From Nitrospirales bacterium (GTDB taxonomy: Bacteria > Nitrospirota > Nitrospiria > Nitrospirales > UBA8639), in NCBI GenBank assembly GCA_963555755.3, contig OY820905.2, positions 3,328,001 through 3,392,000 on the forward strand: 64,000 bases of DNA. Direction: 5' to 3'. The notes below the pieces were generated by a model that worked only from the letters and a program-made list of their open reading frames with translations, did not search any database and had not been told where the DNA came from. Each line of letters begins with the position of its first letter. Position 1 is the first letter of the stretch. Shown here one piece after another: positions 9,897 to 20,233 of the stretch. Both the position numbers and the translations under genes were made by a program.

Positions 9897-10770
9897 CGCC
9901 AATTTTATCAAGCACCGATCCCGTCGATACCAAATTCCGATTCAGGCCTAAGGCTTTTGGATCCATGCCCATGGCTAATCCTAGCAATTGCGGCAAGTGC
10001 AATATTGGAAGATCAATCTCCATGCCATTCTGTTTGGCAGCCTTGGATTGAAGACCATCCAAATTCAAATGACACAAGGGGCAGGGCGTGACCATGAGAT
10101 CAGCCCCATACTCCTTGGCATCTGAGGTATGATGAGCCACCATTTTTAACGAATTCGGTTGGTTGATCGTCAGAAGGGGCAACCCACAACAGCGAGTTTT
10201 CCCGGGGAAATCGACCACCTCCGCACCCAACAAATCTATCACGGTTTCCAGGGATTTAGCCCGAGCGGGTGTTTCATCAAATCCAAGTGCTTCACTTGGA
10301 CGCTGCAAATAACACCCATAAAACGGAGCCGCTCGCAACCCTGTAAGCGGGTGCTTCACAGACTGCCGAATTTTTTGCTCCCCAACATCCTCAATAAGAA
10401 TCCACACAAAATGCTTGACCCTTGTGGTACCACGGTAGGTAAGACCTTCTTCGGCCAATACCGTGTTAATCTCAGCCAAATACTCGGGATTGGACGTAAA
10501 CCGATGATTGGCCTGACTCATCACGCCCTGACAGGTGCTACAAATCGTCATGATGGGTAGACCTTGCTGTTCGGCTAAGGCCAAGGTATGGGCATTGAGA
10601 ATATCTCCCAACCGAAGATCTTTTTCTTGCAACACCCCAGCACCGGTACATGAAGCTGTGGCCATCTCTTCCAGTTCAATGCCTAGCTGTGGGTAGACCT
10701 GCATCACCGATTGGTACAATTCAGGGCATCCCCCTTTTGAGACACACCCTGGAAAGAAGGCATATTTCAT
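9868..10770 (-). CDS. sdhE: Succinate dehydrogenase CCG-domain (HdrB-like) anchor subunit
   Basis: FFPGC, CSTC, FYGC, CCG and TPCPLCH motifs; directly downstream of sdhAB. Confidence 0.8.
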   Translation of the reverse strand: MKYAFFPGCVSKGGCPELYQSVMQVYPQLGIELEEMATASCTGAGVLQEKDLRLGDILNAHTLALAEQQGLPIMTICSTCQGVMSQANHRFTSNPEYLAEINTVLAEEGLTYRGTTRVKHFVWILIEDVGEQKIRQSVKHPLTGLRAAPFYGCYLQRPSEALGFDETPARAKSLETVIDLLGAEVVDFPGKTRCCGLPLLTINQPNSLKMVAHHTSDAKEYGADLMVTPCPLCHLNLDGLQSKAAKQNGMEIDLPILHLPQLLGLAMGMDPKALGLNRNLVSTGSVLDKIGVSQLLSKRS

Positions 10771-11726
10771 GGGAGGTTCCTCGTGTGGCGAAAGAGTCGG
10801 CGGATCCGGTCAATCCCTGGAATCGCGCGATGCAACGGACCAGACCTTGGGAGTTTTCCTCGAACCAAGGCTCGGAGCGTCATTGGTAGAAATGAAAGCA
10901 TTTGCCCAATGTTCTTTAATCCAAACGTCCGCATGGCTAACAAGGGCTCATCCAGCCGGCCTTTGTGTTCAATGAGATCAGCAAACACTTCGGCATGGCG
11001 GGAACCACAGGTGGATGGCATGCCTTGGTCAATGCCTTTGGCACGAAGATCCATGATACGATCCATGGCGCCCACCTCCTTTGGACAGACTTCGATACAC
11101 TCCATGCAACGTGTGCAATCCCACATACCGCCTGGGGTGTTCAGGGCCAATAACCTTGAGGGACTCGCCCCATCTCGAGGATCAGCCACGAACCGATAGG
11201 CCTTGGCTAATGCCGCAGGCCCAATGAATTGGTGATCGACTTCTAACGCGGCACAATCCGACACACAGGCTCCGCACATGATGCACCCCATAACTCCCGT
11301 CAAATGATTCATGGATTCCGGGGAAGCAATGTACTCAGCCTCGGGCTTAGGTCCTGCCGGTTGTAGCCAAGGCTGCACTTGCCGGATTTTGTCCCAAAAT
11401 CCATCCATGTCCGTCACTAGATCCTTGATGACGGGCATATTGTTCATGGGCTCCACTTGGACCGTACCATCCGGAGATTCCAGAGAAACCACTTTTGTTT
11501 TACAAGCCAATGCGGCATGCCCGTTGATGCGCATGCCACACGAGCCGCAAATCGCCCCACGACAGGAACACCGAAGGGTCAAGGAATCATCAACTGATTC
11601 TCGAATCTTAATGAGCGCATCGAGTACGGTATCCGATTGCTCGGTCTCTAATTCATACTCTTGGAAATAGGGTTGGGGAGATTCAGATTCAGGATTGAAT
11701 CGTTTTATGCGAAAGGTGGTTGGCAT
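10767..11726 (-). CDS. sdhB: Succinate dehydrogenase/fumarate reductase Fe-S subunit
   Basis: SCRGAICGSC, CIMCGACVSDC, CTRCMECIEVCP; ATG overlaps sdhA stop. Confidence 0.92.
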   Translation of the reverse strand: MPTTFRIKRFNPESESPQPYFQEYELETEQSDTVLDALIKIRESVDDSLTLRCSCRGAICGSCGMRINGHAALACKTKVVSLESPDGTVQVEPMNNMPVIKDLVTDMDGFWDKIRQVQPWLQPAGPKPEAEYIASPESMNHLTGVMGCIMCGACVSDCAALEVDHQFIGPAALAKAYRFVADPRDGASPSRLLALNTPGGMWDCTRCMECIEVCPKEVGAMDRIMDLRAKGIDQGMPSTCGSRHAEVFADLIEHKGRLDEPLLAMRTFGLKNIGQMLSFLPMTLRALVRGKLPRSGPLHRAIPGIDRIRRLFRHTRNLP

Positions 11727-13441
11727 TAGTAGACTCGTACTTGTGGTTCCCATTGTGTGATCCGAACGGGGAGATAATCCATTCGAGGTAGTCCCTTAGA
11801 ATTATGATAAACCAAAATATGTTTAAGCCAACTCTCATCATCCCGTTGAATATAGTCAGTACGAAAATGCGCACCTCGGCTTTCCGTCCGTGTCAATGCA
11901 CCTAATACAATGGTTTCGGCACAATCTAGCATCATGCTTAACTCCAACCCCTGAACCAGACTTGTGTTAAATACTTGACCTTTATCCTGGATAGCCACCC
12001 GACTCCACCGATCTCGTAATGCCGGCAAATGGGCTTGGGCGGCTTCCATGCCTTCCAGATCGCGAAATACCCCCAAATGTTTATTCATGGTCGTTCCAAG
12101 GTCCAGACGAATAGCCGCCACGGTATCGGTATTGGCCTTACGCTTCAAGAACTCCTGCACCATTTTCTGACCTTTGTCTGAAACGGAATCGGACACTCGT
12201 GGCTCTTCCACCGATTGGGCATAGGCGGCGGCACATGCCCCGGCCCGTCGGCCAAACACGACCGTATCCAAAAGAGAGTTCGCGCCCAATCGATTTCCAC
12301 CGTGTAAACTCAAGCAGGCCGTTTCACCCGCCGCAAATAATCCGGTGACGCCTTCCCACTTTCCCTGTATATCCCAACAGCGACCATCCACATCGGTTTT
12401 GATGCCACCCATATTGTAGTGCATTCCCGGCCGAATCGGAATGGGCTCTTCGGTCAAATCAATATTCGCGAAGGTTTTGGCTTCTTCAAATATTTGCCCA
12501 AGCCGTTCTTGAATGAGCCGTTTGCCCAAATTGCGACAGTCTAACAATACACACCCATTGATCCCCCGCCCTTCATTAATTTCAATTTGCTCTGCCCGCG
12601 ACACGACATCCCGCGAGGCAAGCTCCATCATGTTGGGGGCATACTGCTCCATGAATCGTTCCCCGTCGCCATTGATAAGATAGGCCCCTTCTCCCCGTGC
12701 CGCCTCAGTGATCAGGAGCCCCTTCCCCTTCAACGTCGTCGGATGATACTGCACCATCTCCATATCCATCAGAGGGGCCCCGGCACGATAGGCAATGGCC
12801 ATGCCATCGCCTGTACAAATCATGGCATTCGTACTTGGCTCAAACACGCGCCCTAATCCCCCTGCCGCAATGATGACCGCCTTGGCTTTGACAAAGGCAA
12901 ACTGGCCTGATCGGATTTCAAAGGCCACGACTCCGGCGCATCGGCCATCATTGTCGCGGACAACGGATGTTGCAAACCATTCTTCAAACACTGGGAGATT
13001 GGCTTTGAGGATTTGTTCATACAATACATGGAGTATGGCTTGCCCGGTAAAATCCGAGACAAAAAACGTTCGTGCTCGCTTTTGCCCACCAAACCGTCGC
13101 GTGCCCAATCGACCTTCATCGTTACGATTAAAAATGACTCCCATATGTTCCAGGGCAAGAATATCCTGGCCCGCTTCTTCCGCCAGAATTTCAATAGCAT
13201 CCTGGTCGCCTAAAAAATCGCTTCCCTTGACCGTATCAAATGCATGATCCTCCCATGTATCACCACGATCCGTGAGCGCGGCATTGATGCCGCCTTGGGC
13301 CGCATTGGAATGACTCCGAACGGGATGGACCTTCGTCAGGATCGCGACCTTTGCCCCGCCTTCATGCGCGGCCAACGCCGCCCGCATGCCCGCCAATCCG
13401 GCACCAAGAACCAGAATGTCAAATGTGTATGCGGTGGTCAT
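11726..13441 (-). CDS. sdhA: Succinate dehydrogenase/fumarate reductase flavoprotein
   Basis: GAGLAG, RSHSNAAQGG (FAD His), QYHPT, HYNMGG, HGGNRLGANSL, ESRGAH. Confidence 0.95.
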   Translation of the reverse strand: MTTAYTFDILVLGAGLAGMRAALAAHEGGAKVAILTKVHPVRSHSNAAQGGINAALTDRGDTWEDHAFDTVKGSDFLGDQDAIEILAEEAGQDILALEHMGVIFNRNDEGRLGTRRFGGQKRARTFFVSDFTGQAILHVLYEQILKANLPVFEEWFATSVVRDNDGRCAGVVAFEIRSGQFAFVKAKAVIIAAGGLGRVFEPSTNAMICTGDGMAIAYRAGAPLMDMEMVQYHPTTLKGKGLLITEAARGEGAYLINGDGERFMEQYAPNMMELASRDVVSRAEQIEINEGRGINGCVLLDCRNLGKRLIQERLGQIFEEAKTFANIDLTEEPIPIRPGMHYNMGGIKTDVDGRCWDIQGKWEGVTGLFAAGETACLSLHGGNRLGANSLLDTVVFGRRAGACAAAYAQSVEEPRVSDSVSDKGQKMVQEFLKRKANTDTVAAIRLDLGTTMNKHLGVFRDLEGMEAAQAHLPALRDRWSRVAIQDKGQVFNTSLVQGLELSMMLDCAETIVLGALTRTESRGAHFRTDYIQRDDESWLKHILVYHNSKGLPRMDYLPVRITQWEPQVRVY

Positions 13442-13494
13442 AATGAAAAACTATACTGAGGTTAACTAATTTCCATTCCCTCTGCTGATGGCGT

Positions 13495-13599
13495 AAATCC
13501 GAATCTCGAATATCGAAATCCGAAACAAATTTCAATGACCAAATAGAGAATTTAGGATTTCGGATTTGTTTCGGATTTCGATATTCGGATTTCGAGTTT
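13495..13599. repeat. Inverted heptamer cassette (AAATCCG-type), no enclosed gene
   Basis: AAATCCG AATCTCG AATATCG AAATCCG AAACAAAT ... ATTTGTTT CGGATTT CGATATT CGGATTT CGAGTTT. Confidence 0.85.
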
Positions 13600-13678
13600 A
13601 TGAAACGTATTTGGAATCACTATAGCAAAAGGAGAAAGGTGTGTTGGGAAAAAGAAGAACGGAAAGCTGACAGAGCAG

Positions 13679-15286
13679 CTAACCCATTTCAAGAAGATCA
13701 TGATCGGGATTTCGTTCTTTGGCAAAGTTTTTTGACCAGGGCGAGCGGAAGAGAACGACGGGACGATCCTGTTGATCTTTCACCACCATCCCATCTGACG
13801 GAGCACGAAAGGTGTTGACGTCTCCCACCAGCCAGGAGCTGCACTCAAAAGACAGCGCTTCCAATCTCGTTTCCACTCGGTATTCATTCCGAAGGCGATA
13901 TTGAAGCACATCAAATTGCAGGCGACCGACCGCAGCGACAAAGAATTCCAATTCATCCAGGCTTTTCATAATCTGGACCGTTCCTTCAGCCGCCATCTGG
14001 ACCATGCCTTTATCAAAGGCCTTGCGCTTCCCCACATCGGTCGGATGAATCCGGGCAAATACTTCGGCTTGAAATTGTGGAAGGGGTTTGTAATTGAACT
14101 CTTCTTGCAGTGAAATGGTGTCCCCAATGGCGAACTGTCCCGGATTAATAATCCCGAGGATATCGCCGGGATACGCTATATCCACCGTGGTTCGTTCCTT
14201 GGCCACGAGACTGTGTGGCCGAGAAAGGCGCACGTCACGGCCTAACCGATGGTGCTTCACGACCATGTCGCGTTCAAATCGTCCGGAGCAGACTCGAAGA
14301 AACGCAGTGCTGTCGCGGTGACGTGGGTTCATGTTCGCTTGGAGCTTGAACACATAGGCGCTAAACGGTGTGTCGATCGGGTCAACGACGATTTCCTCGC
14401 CATCGGGTTGATCCGCAGCGCGTGGTGTGGCCGAAGGCGCCAAATCTACAAACGCATCAAAAAAGTTTTCAATCCCGAAGTTGGTGAGGGCCGAGGCAAA
14501 AAAGACCGGGGTGACTTCTCCTCGCAAAAACTCTTCTTGGGAAAATGGATTGCCGGCGATTTCCAGAAGCTCCAAGTCATGATGGACTTGCGTGAGCAGC
14601 TCTTCCTCAATAAGGGATGTGGCCTCCGAGCGGTCTAACGTTATTTCCGTTCGGCTTGCTTTTGCGGCTCCACCGGCGGCCATTTTTTTAAAGAGGGAGA
14701 CTTGCTTCGTGGCGCGATCGACCACGCCGACAAACTGTTGACCTGAACCAACGGGCCAGTTCATGGCACTCGCATGGATGCCCAAGACCTCTTCGACCTC
14801 GGCCATGAGATCAAGGGGCGCACGGCCAGGCAAATCCATTTTGTTGATGAGAGTCAGGACCGGGATTTTTCTGAGGCGGCAGACTTCGAACAATTTTCGG
14901 GTCTGGGTTTCGACGCCTTTGGCCGCATCGATGACCATGATGGCACTATCCGCTGCAGTGAGGGTGCGATAGGTGTCTTCGCAAAAATCCTGGTGGCCCG
15001 GGGTGTCCAGTACATTGATCACGGCATCTTTGTATTTGAACTGCATGGCCGAGGCCGTAATGGAAATGCCGCGTTCTTGCTCCATGCCCATCCAATCGGA
15101 TGTGGCGGTCGTGGCGCTTTTTCGGCTCCCGACCATGCCGGCGGTACGGACCATGCCGGAATACAGCAACAGTTTTTCGGTGACCGTGGTCTTCCCGGCA
15201 TCCGGGTGACTGATGATGGCAAACGTGCGGCGTTTTTTCGCCTGAGCACGAACGTCGTTTTGTATTTGGATGTCGTAGGGAGGCAT
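13679..15286 (-). CDS. prfC: Peptide chain release factor 3
   Basis: RRTFAIISHPDAGKTT, DTPGHQDF, NKMD, KLQANMNPRHRD. Confidence 0.95.
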   Translation of the reverse strand: MPPYDIQIQNDVRAQAKKRRTFAIISHPDAGKTTVTEKLLLYSGMVRTAGMVGSRKSATTATSDWMGMEQERGISITASAMQFKYKDAVINVLDTPGHQDFCEDTYRTLTAADSAIMVIDAAKGVETQTRKLFEVCRLRKIPVLTLINKMDLPGRAPLDLMAEVEEVLGIHASAMNWPVGSGQQFVGVVDRATKQVSLFKKMAAGGAAKASRTEITLDRSEATSLIEEELLTQVHHDLELLEIAGNPFSQEEFLRGEVTPVFFASALTNFGIENFFDAFVDLAPSATPRAADQPDGEEIVVDPIDTPFSAYVFKLQANMNPRHRDSTAFLRVCSGRFERDMVVKHHRLGRDVRLSRPHSLVAKERTTVDIAYPGDILGIINPGQFAIGDTISLQEEFNYKPLPQFQAEVFARIHPTDVGKRKAFDKGMVQMAAEGTVQIMKSLDELEFFVAAVGRLQFDVLQYRLRNEYRVETRLEALSFECSSWLVGDVNTFRAPSDGMVVKDQQDRPVVLFRSPWSKNFAKERNPDHDLLEMG

Positions 15287-15350
15287 TTCGATTACGTGCT
15301 TTTGGATCTAATCGTCAAAGTTGTGGTCGTAATTTAGGAAAAATTCAAAC

Positions 15351-15383
15351 CTGGATTCCCGCTAAAAACCGCGGGAATGACGG
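15351..15383. repeat. Short REP-like palindrome CTGGATTCCCG-N-CGGGAATGAC
   Basis: Second copy at 36943-36976. Confidence 0.7.
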
Positions 15384-15500
15384 TTGGATTTGTTGGAGGC
15401 CCGGTGCCACAACGAATCTCAATTTTCGTAGTTACATTTCGTATTGGCCCTTCTACCCGATTCATCTCTATCAAAAGGATTGCAGGTTTGGCAATGGTAA

Positions 15501-15590
15501 AAGCGTGAAACGAATTACGCTTGCACGCCGGAGCGCTGCAGCGCGCAGGCACGAAAATACGTCTCACGCTTCACGCCTTACGCTTCACGT
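15501..15590. repeat. Inverted heptamer cassette (CGTGAAG-type) after TolC stop, with small GC hairpin inside
   Basis: Minus strand reads CGTGAAG CGTAAGG CGTGAAG CGTGAGA just after TAG; short complementary arm at 15501-15512. Confidence 0.75.
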
Positions 15591-15593
15591 CCC

Positions 15594-16967
15594 CTAGAGT
15601 GTATCAAGCTGCCCCTGGGCTCGGGCCAGATTCACGCGCGACGCATTAAAATTGAATAATCCTTCGATCAGATTATCACGAGCTTGCGCTACCGAGGTCT
15701 GTGCAGTCGTGACTTCGATATTGGTCGCGACCCCAACGGCAAACCGTTGGCGGGCAAGGTCAAGTTCCTTGAGTGACAGACGAAGACCTTTCTGAGCCAC
15801 GGCGACCTGTTGTTGTGTGGATTCCAGGGTGAGCATCGCATCTCGCACTTCCAAGGCGACTTGGTAACGAATATCTCGGGTGCGAATGGCTTCTTGCCGA
15901 ACCAGGCTCCGGCTTTCTGAAATGCGGCCCTCACGTTGTCCTCCGTCGAAAATCGGAATCGACAACAGCAATTGCACGTTGTCCGTCGTCAACGCATCGG
16001 GAATTTGATTGCCAATCATGCCTACATCCCCGCTACCGATTAATGAGGGTACTCGCTCCATGGTCACCGAACTCAAGGAGAGTTCGGCTAATCGTTCGCG
16101 CTTCTTTTGCGCTTTGAATTCAACACGGTTTTCTGTTGCGACTTGCAGCGCTTCTTCAACGGTTTGTTCAGGAACCTTGTGCAAGATGAGTTCGTCCGTG
16201 AGGACCAGCGACACGGTAAAGGACAAACCCATGGCACGAATAAGATTGAGCTTCGCGCGATCATGGTCGTTACGCGCGACTAACAAACGTTGTTTTTCAT
16301 TTTCCAATTGGACTTTGGCTCGTATCACATCCAGGCTGGTCGCCATCCCCGCATATTTTCGTTCAACGGCCAATCGGAGGAGTTCATTGTTGAGCTTCAC
16401 ATCTGCCAAACGAGCCTTGCCGGCAGCTTGAGCCCGCAGGGTTTCCAAATATGCCAACCCGACGGTGGCCATCGTATCCATCCTGGTAGTGGCGGAATCG
16501 AGGGTTGACACCTCTACATTGGTACGAGCGGCGCGCCATTTTTGGATGAGACTGAGGCTGAAGATGTTCTGAGTGAAGGATACGCGAGCTTGGTAAAAAT
16601 CGCGTGGGCTTGAGACCCCAGCCCCGCCCGCAAAGGAGCCCAGAAAAAACCGTCGTCTGGCTGCACTGGCAGTAGCAGAAAGATTCGGGAGTAACGTGCC
16701 AAGTTGGGTAAAGGCTTGGTCTTGTGCCTGGGTGATGCGCTCCTTAAACAACTGGACCGTCGGGTTTTCATCGACCGCCGCTTTCATCGCGTCCTGCAGG
16801 CTTAAGCGGAGCTCAGAGGGAATCTTAATCGAAGGGGAATTATCTTGTGCCAAGGCAGGGCTTGAAATGCCTGACAGTAAAACAAGACCGCCTAAAAAAA
16901 TGAACGTTCGGATGCATGGCTGGATGCGCCACGGCTTACTCGCATGGTGTACATTCATTGAATGCAT
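15594..16967 (-). CDS. TolC-family outer membrane efflux protein
   Basis: Signal peptide, LSLQDAM...ENP, IPIFDGG, RFAVGVAT; last gene of RND operon. Confidence 0.92.
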   Translation of the reverse strand: MHSMNVHHASKPWRIQPCIRTFIFLGGLVLLSGISSPALAQDNSPSIKIPSELRLSLQDAMKAAVDENPTVQLFKERITQAQDQAFTQLGTLLPNLSATASAARRRFFLGSFAGGAGVSSPRDFYQARVSFTQNIFSLSLIQKWRAARTNVEVSTLDSATTRMDTMATVGLAYLETLRAQAAGKARLADVKLNNELLRLAVERKYAGMATSLDVIRAKVQLENEKQRLLVARNDHDRAKLNLIRAMGLSFTVSLVLTDELILHKVPEQTVEEALQVATENRVEFKAQKKRERLAELSLSSVTMERVPSLIGSGDVGMIGNQIPDALTTDNVQLLLSIPIFDGGQREGRISESRSLVRQEAIRTRDIRYQVALEVRDAMLTLESTQQQVAVAQKGLRLSLKELDLARQRFAVGVATNIEVTTAQTSVAQARDNLIEGLFNFNASRVNLARAQGQLDTL

Positions 16968-16969
16968 GA

Positions 16970-19900
16970 TTAGGTTTCTTGCACTCCCTGTTGCGCAGCC
17001 TCATCAGGAGTCACCGTGCCTTGTCTTTTGAGTTTCCATTCCATGACCAAACTGAATAGCGCCGGAACCACCAGAAGGGTAAACACCGTGGATAGCATAA
17101 GCCCGCCCAACACCACACTCCCGATGCCTCGGTAGAGTTCCGATCCTGCGCCGGAGGATAACACTAATGGGAGGAGTCCAAATGTCGTAGTCAGCATGCT
17201 CATCATGATCGGACGGACCCGGGATCGAACCGATTCCGTAATGGCCTGACGCACTGACATGCCTCCCACCGTTTCGACTTCTCCTGACGTAAAGAGGTTT
17301 CGACGATTGGGATCCATGAAATTCAATGCTTGATGCACCACCAGGATGGCATTGTTCACCACAACCCCAATCAAAATAATAAAGCCGAGCATCGTCAACA
17401 CATCGAGTGGTTGATAGGTGACGAAGAGGTTGACAAGATATAGGCCCAGGATTCCTCCAGCCGCGGCCAATGGCACACTGAAAATGATCACAAAGGGGTA
17501 CACAAAACTTTCGAACAAGGCCGCCATGAGCAAATAGGTGATGAGCAAGGCCAAAAGAAAATTGTATTTGAGCGCGTCATACGTGTTGGTCAGCTCATCG
17601 GCAGCGCCGGATAATTGAATGTGATACAGCCGCCCCACACTGCCGCCTTCTTTAAGGGGAAGCAGAACCTGCTGTTCAATCAAGTCCATGGCGGTTTCCA
17701 ACGGCATTTGGCCAGAAGGAATAACCTGGATGGTAATGGCTCGCTCACGTTCTATGTGATTGATCTGTTCAGGTCCGGCCACCAATTTCACATCCGCAAT
17801 ATCGCCCACTGTTGTCAGTTTCCCACTTCGAGTATAGATCGGCAGGTTTTCCAGCTCTTGCGTCCGATCTGCATAGTGATCCACCCCTCGAATGGTCAGA
17901 TCAATTTCATCCCCTTCAAACTGATAATCACTCGCCTTGGTGCCATCGACTAAGGCATCAATAATAAAGCCCAATTCCTGATTGGTCATTTGTACATCGG
18001 CCGCACGGTGGCGTTTGAGGCTGATGCGGACTTCGGGGCTTCCTAGATCAAGGCTTGGCTTGGGACGAACTTGAGCACCAGGTAACACTTCCTGGACCTG
18101 CCCAAATATCTGTCTACCCAGAGCCACGAGTGTATCCAATTCTGGTCCGGTGATTTCGATATCGATATTCCGTCCTTCCCCAAGTCCGCGTTGAAACAGA
18201 CTACTTTGGGTGACAATGGCGATGACCCCAGGAATATCTGCCATGGCGCGCCGGAATACGGGTATCAAATCTCGGATTTGGGAATCGTCATTCGTGCGAC
18301 CCCCCATAAAGACGGACCTGCCGCGTGCCACATAGAAAAAGTTTAGAATGCTTGGACCGTCCAAGGCCGCCTCCTCAGGACTGCCGGGTTGGGCATCCCA
18401 GTGTGGTGCGAGAACTCTTTCCATCGTCTCACCCATACGGATGAATTCCCCGATATTGTAGCCTGGTGGAGGAAGCACAATGCCAATAATCAGATTACGG
18501 TTTCCTTCTGGCAGGTACTCGGCTTTAGGTAGGAGGAGCCACGTCATGCCAATTGCCAAGGTGGTCAACCCCAACACAATCCCAATCCGCCAAGGCACGC
18601 TGCCGGACATCCAGTAAATGAAGTTTCCTAATCGGTCTGAACTCACACCCATCCGCTCAACCATCCGGTGAACGCCATCAACCAACTCATGGGCTAAGAT
18701 TTTCATCCGTGAGGTCGGGATCTCTGAACTCCGTTCATGATGGCTCCTCGTTTTTAACAAACGTGCGGAAAGACAGGGGATCACGGTAATCGATACGATC
18801 AAGCTCAGTCCGACTCCGGCGCTGATGGCAATCGCGATATCCCGAAATAATTGCCCGGCTTGTTCTTCGATGAACACGATGGGCACAAACACCGCGATGG
18901 TCGTCAACGTACTCGCAAGCACCGCGCCCCAGACTTCGGTTGTGCCATCATAGGCGGCTTGAAACAGCGGCTTTCCCGCCTCTCGGTGACGGTAGATGTT
19001 TTCCAGCACGACAATGGAGTTATCGACTAACATGCCGGCGGCGAAGGTCATCCCGGCGAGACTGATGACATTGACGTTCCGATCCAATAACCACAAGGCA
19101 ATGAACGTACCCATAATGCTGATCGGAATGGCCAGACCAATCACAAGAGTGGTGCTACCGGTTCGCAAAAAGAGAAACAGAATCGTAATGGCGAGAATGC
19201 TGCCGATGATGAGGTTTTGTTGGACCAATTTCAGTGAGCTGTAGACATAGTCCGTCTCATCATAGATTTGAAAGAGTTTGAACCCTTGCCCTTTAAGAAG
19301 GTCTTCGTTGAGGTCGTCAACCGCTTCTCTGAGTTGGGTCATCGTGTCCAATATATTCGCGCCGGTTTCACGAATGGCATTGACCGCAATGGAATTTCGT
19401 CCCATTTCCCGCACGACGTGCGCGGGATCTTTATACGCGATGCTGACCTGGGCCACATCGCGAACATATACCGGAGCGCCGTTGCGCCGGGCGATGATGA
19501 CATTCGCCACGTCTTCGGGGCTTTGGTATTCCCCAACGGTTCGAACGACATACGAGCGTTTGCCTTCGTCGAAATCACCGGCACTGAAGTCACGATTCTC
19601 TTGATCCAGCGCTTGTGCGAGTTCACGGACTGTGAGAGATCGCATGGCTAACTTACCGGGATCAACCAGGACTCGAAGTTCCCGCTCTCGCCCTCCATAC
19701 ACGTTGGAAGCGGCCACCCCGGGAATCCGCTCGAATCGAGCCTTGATCACATCTTCCGCAAAGTCTCGCATGGTTTCGATATTGACTGGGTTACCTTCTA
19801 ACGGCTCAAAGATAAACCACGCCATGGCATTTCCGCGCGTATCCGCGCTGCTAATGACGGGCTCATCAACTTCATCAGGGTATTCTTTGACTTGGTTTAA

Positions 19901-20233
19901 ACGATTCGACACCCGAAGTAGTGCCGTATCGTTGTTTGTGCCTGCAGGAAAGCGAAGAACAATTTTGGCGGAATTGTACGAACTCTCTCCAAGCATCTTT
20001 TCGAGACCCTCAACGCCTTTGAGCTGTTCTTCCTGTTCATCAACGATTTCACGCTCGACTTCATGCGGACTGGCCCCTTCCCATCGTGTTTCTATCGTGA
20101 TCTCAGGTTTGGACACATCAGGGGTCAGCTGGATTGGGAGTTTGGTCAGAGACACCACGCCGAACAAAACAAGGAGAATCACCCCGACCGTCGTGGTCAC
20201 TGGATATCGGATGGCAGATTGAATAATGGTCAT
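16970..20233 (-). CDS. RND efflux permease (AcrB/CzcA superfamily)
   Basis: 1087 aa; GMLVDNSIVVLENI, GVVVNNAIL, RVRPIMM. Confidence 0.95.
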   Translation of the reverse strand: MTIIQSAIRYPVTTTVGVILLVLFGVVSLTKLPIQLTPDVSKPEITIETRWEGASPHEVEREIVDEQEEQLKGVEGLEKMLGESSYNSAKIVLRFPAGTNNDTALLRVSNRLNQVKEYPDEVDEPVISSADTRGNAMAWFIFEPLEGNPVNIETMRDFAEDVIKARFERIPGVAASNVYGGRERELRVLVDPGKLAMRSLTVRELAQALDQENRDFSAGDFDEGKRSYVVRTVGEYQSPEDVANVIIARRNGAPVYVRDVAQVSIAYKDPAHVVREMGRNSIAVNAIRETGANILDTMTQLREAVDDLNEDLLKGQGFKLFQIYDETDYVYSSLKLVQQNLIIGSILAITILFLFLRTGSTTLVIGLAIPISIMGTFIALWLLDRNVNVISLAGMTFAAGMLVDNSIVVLENIYRHREAGKPLFQAAYDGTTEVWGAVLASTLTTIAVFVPIVFIEEQAGQLFRDIAIAISAGVGLSLIVSITVIPCLSARLLKTRSHHERSSEIPTSRMKILAHELVDGVHRMVERMGVSSDRLGNFIYWMSGSVPWRIGIVLGLTTLAIGMTWLLLPKAEYLPEGNRNLIIGIVLPPPGYNIGEFIRMGETMERVLAPHWDAQPGSPEEAALDGPSILNFFYVARGRSVFMGGRTNDDSQIRDLIPVFRRAMADIPGVIAIVTQSSLFQRGLGEGRNIDIEITGPELDTLVALGRQIFGQVQEVLPGAQVRPKPSLDLGSPEVRISLKRHRAADVQMTNQELGFIIDALVDGTKASDYQFEGDEIDLTIRGVDHYADRTQELENLPIYTRSGKLTTVGDIADVKLVAGPEQINHIERERAITIQVIPSGQMPLETAMDLIEQQVLLPLKEGGSVGRLYHIQLSGAADELTNTYDALKYNFLLALLITYLLMAALFESFVYPFVIIFSVPLAAAGGILGLYLVNLFVTYQPLDVLTMLGFIILIGVVVNNAILVVHQALNFMDPNRRNLFTSGEVETVGGMSVRQAITESVRSRVRPIMMSMLTTTFGLLPLVLSSGAGSELYRGIGSVVLGGLMLSTVFTLLVVPALFSLVMEWKLKRQGTVTPDEAAQQGVQET

